A DNA stretch of 64,000 bases, from sequence record PP942979.1. The stretch is one strand, 5' to 3'. Each line of letters begins with the position of its first letter. The first letter of the stretch is position 1. The notes beneath the pieces are model-generated. The model made no database searches. It was not told the origin of the DNA and saw nothing but the letters and a program-made list of their open reading frames with translations. This document shows positions 57,071-64,000 of the stretch, piece by piece. The translations under genes were made by a program, and so were the position numbers.

Positions 57071-58180
57071 CTATCGAATTTTATAGCCTTTGAAAATGTT
57101 ATACGCAATCTCTTTGCGCTGTACGGGACGAGTGACGCACACCCATTCCCACTGATCGTTTTTCGCTGTGCGTTTCTTCGGTGCTTCCATAACTTTCAGC
57201 ACGTAGTTTTTGAAAGGCAGAACGAGAATGTCTTCCGGCTCAATCGCGCCGCTGCGAGCAGGCAGAACTACCGTGATGTTGCCGACAGTCAGTTCCTGAT
57301 CGTAGTTGAGCACGTTTGCTTCTTCGCTGATGTTGCCTTTAACAGGCGGAACACCTAAGTCAAAGATCATGGTGCAGTGTGTGAATGCCTCAATGCCTTT
57401 GACGCGAATCGTTACATGCTTGCCTCGCCAGCGCTCCAGATTCTCTGCTGTCAGATCGACTTCAACACCGTTCACCAGCAGCATAGGACGTGGGAAAGCA
57501 GGAAGCAGAGTTTCATTCAGACGTACCGAATAAGTCGCCTGCGTAAAGTATTTTGGAATAAGCTGATCAAAATCAGCGTAGCCGTCTTTACGTACCTGCC
57601 TGAATGTTGCAGGGCTGGTGGACTGATCAAGAGTATAGCCAGTCAGCTCTTTAATATGATGATGCGTAGCGATATTGTAGATGAAGCCAGTGCTGATAAA
57701 GCCTGGCACAACACCCTGACGGAAACAGATACCGCAGTTCGCAACGTTGCCGCCGTCCCATTTAACGTCGAACTCCTCACCTGAGTCTACGCCCATGATA
57801 TCGGCTGCGTCCATAACGGCGTTCATGCCATCATCAATATCGTCGAGGGTTACTGCTTGACGTCCACCGCCAAACATGCCCTTGCCTACGGTATCGATCT
57901 TAACGCCGCCTGACATTGAATCAGATTCTCGGCCAAGGCTTTTCATGCCTGCCGGAATATTGTCCATAATGTCGTTCTCAACCTTGTTGCAACTACAGGT
58001 GAGACCCATCTTCGCTTTCTTGAAGATGACAATATCGGTGGCGTCAACCGCAAGCGCCTGTTCGACTTTGGATTGCACGACCTTCTGAATACTGTCGAGG
58101 CGTTGCTGGACACGTTCAGTTTCGTAGGTCTTGTGCCTGTCATAGGTATTTCGTGGTCTCCCACGTTCAATCCAGCTCAT
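57071..58180 (-). CDS. Putative head-closure/neck protein with Zn motif
   Basis: CSC...CGICFRQG..PGF and EDILVLP; TAATTT promoter. Confidence 0.55.
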   Translation of the reverse strand: MSWIERGRPRNTYDRHKTYETERVQQRLDSIQKVVQSKVEQALAVDATDIVIFKKAKMGLTCSCNKVENDIMDNIPAGMKSLGRESDSMSGGVKIDTVGKGMFGGGRQAVTLDDIDDGMNAVMDAADIMGVDSGEEFDVKWDGGNVANCGICFRQGVVPGFISTGFIYNIATHHHIKELTGYTLDQSTSPATFRQVRKDGYADFDQLIPKYFTQATYSVRLNETLLPAFPRPMLLVNGVEVDLTAENLERWRGKHVTIRVKGIEAFTHCTMIFDLGVPPVKGNISEEANVLNYDQELTVGNITVVLPARSGAIEPEDILVLPFKNYVLKVMEAPKKRTAKNDQWEWVCVTRPVQRKEIAYNIFKGYKIR

Positions 58181-58279
58181 AAAAGTTCTCCTCTGTGTGC
58201 TTGAAATTAGTGACTAAGAATTTAGGACCTTCTGCCTAGCAAATACTTATTTATAGCATGTTAAATCACGGAGCCTAAC

Positions 58280-58828
58280 ATGCGTATTCTTTCAGGCGAC
58301 CCGGGAAAGGTTAACTTCGCGTTGTCTGTTCAGGAGTTTAAGGACAATCGCATTAACATACTCGGCACCCGGATGTTTCAGCATCCTATTCAAAACCTGC
58401 ATTACGATATGCGCCAGCCGGTCAAAGAGTTCATGAAGGAACTCGAAGACATATGGAAGCGCTATGGACCGTTTGATGCGATGTGCTTTGAACGATTCCA
58501 GTCGCGCGGATTGGGCGGCAACACCATTGAAGCAATCAGTCTTATGCTTGGTGTGCTGTCAATGTTCGCGCTGAAAAAGAATTGCCCGATCGATCTGATC
58601 ACGGCCAGTCAGTGGAAGAACGCGTTTAACCGCACTATGGACCTCAAGGGCTATTACGCGGAATACAATCTGACTTCGAAAAAGAGCCGCAAAGCGATTC
58701 ACGAATTTGACGCAAGCCTTATTGGCATGTATACCTTCTATCGCCAAACGAACCGGAAACCTTTTGTAGGCTTCAACAGAATCGTTGACGTTTACGTTCC
58801 GAAGTTCTTGGCAGCACCTGTACTGTGA
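58280..58828 (+). CDS. ruvC: RuvC-like Holliday junction resolvase
   Basis: RILSGDPG, CFERFQ, HEFDAS RNase-H-fold acidic residues. Confidence 0.8.
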   Translation: MRILSGDPGKVNFALSVQEFKDNRINILGTRMFQHPIQNLHYDMRQPVKEFMKELEDIWKRYGPFDAMCFERFQSRGLGGNTIEAISLMLGVLSMFALKKNCPIDLITASQWKNAFNRTMDLKGYYAEYNLTSKKSRKAIHEFDASLIGMYTFYRQTNRKPFVGFNRIVDVYVPKFLAAPVL

Positions 58829-58835
58829 GGAAAAC

Positions 58836-59201
58836 ATGGAACACGAACAACTGCTCGCTCTCGTTAAAGATGTAGTGTCTGAATTTGGCACTCCTGTATA
58901 CCTCGATCGTGGTCAGGTTGGCGAGAACAGCCGCACGTATGCCACTATCGAAACTCTGATCAACGTTCAGTCCGACGCACAAGGCACGACGCTGCTGCAA
59001 GATCTGAAAGCGAAGATCGCAGAGTATGTTGAACTGCTGCGTACCGAAGGCACGACGCGCTCTATTGACGGAGCCGTTCAGCGCCTGGAACCTGTTACTC
59101 AGGGTCAGAAGTTTACCTACCGCGACCCAATGGTAAACGAAATTCCCAACGGTGTGCTGTACTCTGTCTCCATTGGTTTTCCCATGTTTGTGGCCAATTA
59201 A
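58836..59201 (+). CDS. Hypothetical protein
   Basis: Start moved to ATG 58836 (GAGGA SD). Confidence 0.65.
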   Translation: MEHEQLLALVKDVVSEFGTPVYLDRGQVGENSRTYATIETLINVQSDAQGTTLLQDLKAKIAEYVELLRTEGTTRSIDGAVQRLEPVTQGQKFTYRDPMVNEIPNGVLYSVSIGFPMFVAN

Positions 59202-59247
59202 TCTGTAAATATCCTTACTTGGTTAACATGGCTCGTGGGATATAGAA

Positions 59248-59940
59248 ATGGCGAAGTTGAAGAAAGAACAAAAGACAGTTGTGGCTAAAAAACCTGCGAA
59301 GGTCAAGCAGTCCAAAGCCGTCAAAACAAATAAAGGAAAAGCAGTAGCTATTCATGTTGTTCAGGACACGCGTCCGATTGTGCATTGCCCTGAAATGGAA
59401 GACAAGCCTCAACCGTTTCGTTTTCGTGGCCAGTGCCCGATCACAACATGTCAGTATTGCACCCGCGAAACGCCTAACGGCTGCATGGCGCTTGACCGCA
59501 AAGAAGCCGCCGACCGTTCAATCTCTAACAGGGAGATCGCTTATTACAAACGTGGCCTCTTCCCAGAACTCAAAGAGATGGATCAAAAGCAGTTGGACAA
59601 TACGATTCGACGCGCACAAAATCGTACCCGTACTGCTATCTGTCTTACTATGTTTATTGCCGGGATTGATGATAGTGATTGCGATAGGTCTTTTCAGTAT
59701 GTAGAAGGCCGCAGTCGCATTGTCGATCAGGTTCATAACTATCTGGTGCAAACGTTCAATGACTACCGTCCGTGGATGCTGGCGTATCTCGACGACGAAG
59801 AACGTTTCTCTCAGATGGTAGGCAAGATAACCAATTCTGACTTTAATTTAGGTATGGCACTGCGGTTAACGCCTCGTAAGTATCAGACGTTCTGCCAGTC
59901 GCTGCAAAACCTTAAACAATCTGGAGACTCAAATGAGTGA
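59248..59940 (+). CDS. Cys-cluster protein with Lys-rich N-tail, putative regulator
   Basis: CP...CPITTCQYC...C then SNREIAYY helix; CTGTAAAT at 59203. Confidence 0.6.
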   Translation: MAKLKKEQKTVVAKKPAKVKQSKAVKTNKGKAVAIHVVQDTRPIVHCPEMEDKPQPFRFRGQCPITTCQYCTRETPNGCMALDRKEAADRSISNREIAYYKRGLFPELKEMDQKQLDNTIRRAQNRTRTAICLTMFIAGIDDSDCDRSFQYVEGRSRIVDQVHNYLVQTFNDYRPWMLAYLDDEERFSQMVGKITNSDFNLGMALRLTPRKYQTFCQSLQNLKQSGDSNE

Positions 59941-61702
59941 AATTTTCTCTCTCGATCAGTATCGCGCTATGATTAAGCGCAACATCCTGAGCGAGCCTCA
60001 GATGCTGGTGAAGAACCAAACCCAACCGCTGGGCCAAATCTCTTTCCAGTGCCCTGGTGACAACTTCAAAATGAAGGACGTCATCATCCCAGCAACTCGT
60101 AACGCCGTTGACCTGACTCAACAGGCACCGTTGGAAAATCTGCTGGCGTGTAGCCAACTGAAATCTCTGATTCAGTTGCAGCGCATCGCGCTGCTTAACC
60201 CTGAAGAGATGCCGCAGCCGGGTGAAGGTATCTCTCAGCCTTCTCTGTCTCAGCCGCCTGTCGCTGGCGCGCTGTCTGTTGACGGCACAACTATCCCGAA
60301 CGCTGTTGTGATTGTTGAGCAGAACGGTAACGTTTGGACCAGCACTTCTAACGGCAGCGGTGTCTTCACTGTTGACGTGTCTGGTCTGGAAGAAGGCCCG
60401 TTCTCAATCACTGTAACAGCGACCGGTTATACTCCTGCACGTTTCGACTACGAAGCAGGCCCGCAGCCACGTCAACCAATGCCTGAACCGACTGTACACG
60501 CTGTCTTTAAAGAGACGACTGTTTCGGGAACGACTGTTGCGAATGCTAATATCGTTGTATCTGTGGCGAGCAAACAGTTTACGGGTCAGGCTGACGATGC
60601 TGGTGCGTTCTCTGTGGATGTTGACCCGCTGCCGTTTGGCACTATCTACGTGACCTTCACTGCTGATGGTTATCTGGACAAGCAGGTTGATGTTGTTGTC
60701 GATAGCGTTGCCGGTTTGGCTCAGGTTGATGCAACCTCATTCCTGTCTACTGCACTGTCCGGTAAGGCAAACCCGAACGGTGAAGTCGAAATCATGATCG
60801 ACGGTCAGCCCAATCAGTTCGCTACTGCTGATGCGCAGGGCAACTGGACTGCGACTGTCGGCGCGATTAAAGGCGCTGTGTCTATTCGTGCTCTGGAAAT
60901 TGATGGGTACGATGAAGCGACTGCAACCATGCAACCGACCAAGCGTCAGTTTGGTGCAATCGTTGTTGATGACGCTGATGCGTTCGGCGAGACCCGTACC
61001 GAAGTCACAGGTAGTATTGCTGGTCTGAATGCCGAAGCGAATGACATTGCTGTTACAGTAACAGTTCAGGCTGGCGTGTACGAAGGTACTGTCAATCTGG
61101 CTTCTGGCACTTTCAACATCTCTGGTGTTGATGCAAAAGCTGGTGTGGGTTCTACTGGTGTGGTCAACGTTACCTCTGCGTTCTACGAAGATGGTTCAAC
61201 GTCGTTCACTATTCTGGAAGAGTTCTCTCCGCCTACGTTGCAGCAAGCACAGGATGGCCAGACTGCGGTAGTCGGCGATACAGCCGCTTCTACTCAGGTT
61301 AAAATCACGATGAACGGCGAAACCAAAACTGCGTCTTCAAATGCGCAGGGTGCGTTCAGCGTTGGCGGCTTCACTAACGTTGTCCCAGGTCCGGTCACCA
61401 TCGAACTGTCTCGCGCTCAATATCTGACTGCAACCTTCCAGGTCACTCAGGTAGTTCAAGCGCTGGCGCAACTCGACGCTGATCTGAAAGCTGGTGAAGA
61501 GACTGTTGCAGGTCAAGCAACTCCTGGCTCCAATGTTACCTTGACGCAGGGTAGCGTTACTGGTGACGCAGTAGCAGATGCAAGCACTGGTGAGTTCATT
61601 ATTACGCTGTCCGGCCCTCTGGTTGAAGGTCAGGCTCAGCTTGTGGCGCAACATGCTGGTTATGTTGACTACACCGACACCTTAGCTGTCGCGGCAGCTT
61701 AA
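59933..61702 (+). CDS. Ig-like repeat protein (decoration/Hoc-like candidate)
   Basis: Repeated G.T.P.A.V...G....A.AD..G.F.V units; N-domain paralogous to next gene. Confidence 0.75.
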   Translation: MSEIFSLDQYRAMIKRNILSEPQMLVKNQTQPLGQISFQCPGDNFKMKDVIIPATRNAVDLTQQAPLENLLACSQLKSLIQLQRIALLNPEEMPQPGEGISQPSLSQPPVAGALSVDGTTIPNAVVIVEQNGNVWTSTSNGSGVFTVDVSGLEEGPFSITVTATGYTPARFDYEAGPQPRQPMPEPTVHAVFKETTVSGTTVANANIVVSVASKQFTGQADDAGAFSVDVDPLPFGTIYVTFTADGYLDKQVDVVVDSVAGLAQVDATSFLSTALSGKANPNGEVEIMIDGQPNQFATADAQGNWTATVGAIKGAVSIRALEIDGYDEATATMQPTKRQFGAIVVDDADAFGETRTEVTGSIAGLNAEANDIAVTVTVQAGVYEGTVNLASGTFNISGVDAKAGVGSTGVVNVTSAFYEDGSTSFTILEEFSPPTLQQAQDGQTAVVGDTAASTQVKITMNGETKTASSNAQGAFSVGGFTNVVPGPVTIELSRAQYLTATFQVTQVVQALAQLDADLKAGEETVAGQATPGSNVTLTQGSVTGDAVADASTGEFIITLSGPLVEGQAQLVAQHAGYVDYTDTLAVAAA

Positions 61703-61754
61703 TCCTTTTACAGGGGCTTCGGCCCCTAATAGAAATGAAATTCGGAGATTTACA

Positions 61755-62408
61755 ATGAGCAAGCAAAAGACTACCGTACAGCCGATTACTCTCGCAACCT
61801 ATAACGAGCGCTACGGCAAAGACACAGTTGCACCGATGTATGTCGCTAACCGTACCGAGCCGCGTGGCAACGTAATGTTCAGCGCGAAAGACGATCTCGG
61901 CCAGCCAGTGCCTGTACTCGTACCTGCAACTTTCATCCCGATCGATCTGACCCAGCAGGCTACTAAAGACAGCCTGTTGCAGTCTACTCACCTGCGTCGC
62001 GCCCTGACTATGGGCCAGCTGGTTATCATCGACACCAAGAGCGCCGAAGAGTATCTGCGTAACAGCAAGATCGCTCAGACCGAGATGCGTAATCTGAATA
62101 AGATGAACGCGTCTATCGCTGCTGACCTGGGCGAAGAAACTGGCGAACTGGCTGCAATCGATCTGGGCGGCGGTAGCAAGAAGAAAGAGATCCTGTTCGA
62201 AGACGGTGATCAGTATTCTTCTAACCAGTTCGTTAACGCATTCATCATGCGAGCGCAAGAAGACAGCGGCGAGTCCGACGACAATCTGGAACGTGAATTC
62301 CTGTCTCGCGGTCTCGGCCTGCCTGTGTCTGAGCTGAACATTCTGCGCGAGCATATCACTCGTCCGGCAATCGTTGAGCTGATCGTTCAGGCGCTTGACG
62401 ACGCGTAA
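61755..62408 (+). CDS. Head-associated protein candidate
   Basis: NRTEPRG...VPAT..PIDLTQQA shared with N-domain of 59933..61702. Confidence 0.6.
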   Translation: MSKQKTTVQPITLATYNERYGKDTVAPMYVANRTEPRGNVMFSAKDDLGQPVPVLVPATFIPIDLTQQATKDSLLQSTHLRRALTMGQLVIIDTKSAEEYLRNSKIAQTEMRNLNKMNASIAADLGEETGELAAIDLGGGSKKKEILFEDGDQYSSNQFVNAFIMRAQEDSGESDDNLEREFLSRGLGLPVSELNILREHITRPAIVELIVQALDDA

Positions 62409-62423
62409 TCCAAAGCTACAAAC

Positions 62424-62464
62424 AAAAAAAAATGGGAGGCCCCGAAAGGAGTCTCCCATTTTTA
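62424..62464. terminator. Bidirectional terminator between convergent genes
   Basis: A-run, AATGGGAGGC...GTCTCCCATT, T-run. Confidence 0.85.
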
Positions 62465-62635
62465 TTACTGCTGCTGTTCTCTCATGCGATCAAGAAACGC
62501 TTTACCTGCGCCTGGCACAAGCACTCGCGGCTCGAAAGGAATCTTATTGATTCTGCGCTGCATGTTACGGCGAAAGCGTTCACGTAGTGCCTGAACGGTG
62601 TGTTGCTTAAACTGTGATCTGAATTTCAAAGCCAT
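62465..62635 (-). CDS. 56-aa basic protein (not in ORF track)
   Basis: MALKFRSQFKQHTVQALRERFRRNMQRR...; starts 1 nt after primase stop. Confidence 0.6.
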   Translation of the reverse strand: MALKFRSQFKQHTVQALRERFRRNMQRRINKIPFEPRVLVPGAGKAFLDRMREQQQ

Positions 62636-62636
62636 T

Positions 62637-63695
62637 CTACTTTCCTTTCTTCTCTATTGCCTTTGGTCTATTCCACCCAAGTTCTTTCGCAGGCATGATG
62701 CACTTCTTACCGTGAATATCACGCAGCGTCATACGAACTTCTTTGATCAACTTGAATGGTGCGTTGTCGGGGTCGAGCTTAATCAGCTTGCCGTCTTCAT
62801 CAAACTCACGAGGTAGTTTAAAGTGCTTGACCGGTACTGGTGAGTTACGTTCAAATTCATCTTTGATCTTTGTGCGCAACAACTTCCCACCACCATCGTT
62901 ATCTGTCATCGTATAGACAACACTCACGCCAAGCATTTCAATCGTTCTGCGTTTCGTTTCACCAAACTGCTCTGCACCGAGAACAGCCAGCGCTGGTATT
63001 CCGTATGACAGGAGAGCCAGAGCATCTCGCGGACCTTCGACAAGAACGATGTAGCGCAACTTGTACTTCTTCAAACACTCTTTGACCAGAGGCAGTGGGA
63101 ACAGGCCTTTGTCTTTTGCCCAATCGCCTTGCGAGTTCACATAGCTGGTGCCGTTCATTTGCTTACGCAGATAAGCTGCAATCCCACCTATGTATTTCGT
63201 TCCATGCTTACACGGAAAGAAACAAACGTTTGTGCCTGTATGCTGCGCATTAAGCAGACCACCAGCAGCACGAACAAGCGCACCCGGATATCCACGCCAC
63301 TCAACATCAAGCGGCCACTCCATGTATGACTTACGTCCGAGTGCTTTCATCAATAGACCGACAGACGGATAGGTACCAATCTTCGAGCCAATCTGATCAT
63401 ACGTTTTAAGCAAGGCACTGAGCGAGTTCGTTCCTGCGTCTTTTAACGCCCAGCCTTTGATCTCTTGCAGTCGAGCGTGAGCCGCTAATTTATTCCAGCC
63501 GCCTTTCTCGCCACAGCCGAAGCAGTGAAAGAATCCGAGTGGTATCTCCATGCCTACAGAAGTGTAAATACCACAACTAGGAGTCTTATCACTGTGGAAC
63601 GGACAGCACACCATAACAGTGTCGCCGTTATATTTCTTCTCGCCCGGCAGTTTACCTATTTCGTCAAGAATTATCTGATGAACGTCTTCTGCCAT
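62637..63695 (-). CDS. dnaG: DnaG-type primase
   Basis: CPFH...CFGC zinc-binding domain; TOPRIM VEGPRD and TDND. Confidence 0.88.
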   Translation of the reverse strand: MAEDVHQIILDEIGKLPGEKKYNGDTVMVCCPFHSDKTPSCGIYTSVGMEIPLGFFHCFGCGEKGGWNKLAAHARLQEIKGWALKDAGTNSLSALLKTYDQIGSKIGTYPSVGLLMKALGRKSYMEWPLDVEWRGYPGALVRAAGGLLNAQHTGTNVCFFPCKHGTKYIGGIAAYLRKQMNGTSYVNSQGDWAKDKGLFPLPLVKECLKKYKLRYIVLVEGPRDALALLSYGIPALAVLGAEQFGETKRRTIEMLGVSVVYTMTDNDGGGKLLRTKIKDEFERNSPVPVKHFKLPREFDEDGKLIKLDPDNAPFKLIKEVRMTLRDIHGKKCIMPAKELGWNRPKAIEKKGK

Positions 63696-63760
63696 ACCAT
63701 CCTCTGTCTATTTCGTAATTTACGCATATAAGCATATTTACAGATATAGGGATAACTAGA

Positions 63761-64000
63761 ATGGGTAACCAGCATCGTTATGTAGCTTCGGTAGAACGTC
63801 GCTTTTATGGACCTCAATGGTTGGCGCTATGCGACCTGATTAAGGTAGAGCCTCAGACGTGTGGTGCGTTCGCAAAGAACGGCCATATGATGGGACTGAC
63901 TCTGCCTAAAGAGTTTGATGTTGAAGCTGCAACAAAGAGCCTGCGCCTTGTCTACGCAGTCAAGGAAGAAGACGTGGCCGTGCGCTGTTACCTGTTCGGT
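63761..64000 (+). CDS. Hypothetical protein (partial)
   Basis: MGNQHRYVASVERRFYG... open to window end. Confidence 0.55.
   Translation, partial: MGNQHRYVASVERRFYGPQWLALCDLIKVEPQTCGAFAKNGHMMGLTLPKEFDVEAATKSLRLVYAVKEEDVAVRCYLFG

Noticed and set aside
61706-61729. TTTTACAG and AGGGGC-TTCG-GCCCCT hairpin as promoter/terminator
   Set aside because: Motif points antisense to local genes and the hairpin has no U-tail; at most an mRNA stability element.
1-64000. tRNA, CRISPR array, intein, group I/II intron, RT/DGR, transposase, stop-codon recoding
   Set aside because: No T-loop motifs, spaced repeats, intein ends or RT/transposase motifs seen by eye; genes are full-length in code 11 and TAG ends real genes (27099, 62637). 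Tool scans were not run.

Overview
A 64-kb segment of a large tailed (myovirus-type) jumbo phage. Gene content resembles the PaBG/Lu11/Erwinia Y3/Dickeya AD1 group; this is inference from gene content, not a database result. It is densely coding and almost all on the minus strand to ~58.2 kb. Replication/recombination genes (family-A DNA polymerase with an N-terminal UDG-like domain, beta-clamp-like protein, DnaX, DnaG-type primase, UvsW/UvsY-like pair, SbcC, SbcD, RuvC) are interleaved with virion genes (tail sheath, Ig-repeat proteins, neck/closure candidates, GH108 endolysin). No tRNA, CRISPR array, intein, reverse transcriptase or transposase was seen. Main leads: (1) a shared N-terminal peptide M-x-I-x-[VI]-S-L-S-[AKRG] (looser S-x-S-A) on about eleven unrelated, mostly late-promoter proteins including an ADP-ribosyltransferase-fold protein and a 1949-aa SNF2 ATPase, a candidate capsid-targeting/processing signal; (2) an A_AAA_AAG -1 frameshift site at the stop of one such gene, opening a 100-aa extension coupled to the ART gene; (3) a ~330-nt fully folded intergenic RNA behind a late-type promoter; (4) a second exonuclease-less family-A polymerase lacking the steric-gate Glu, beside a ~600-bp origin-like region; (5) two promoter motifs (CTGTAAAT for replication genes, TAATTT for virion genes) and a terminator family with a conserved tandem U.G/G.U wobble.
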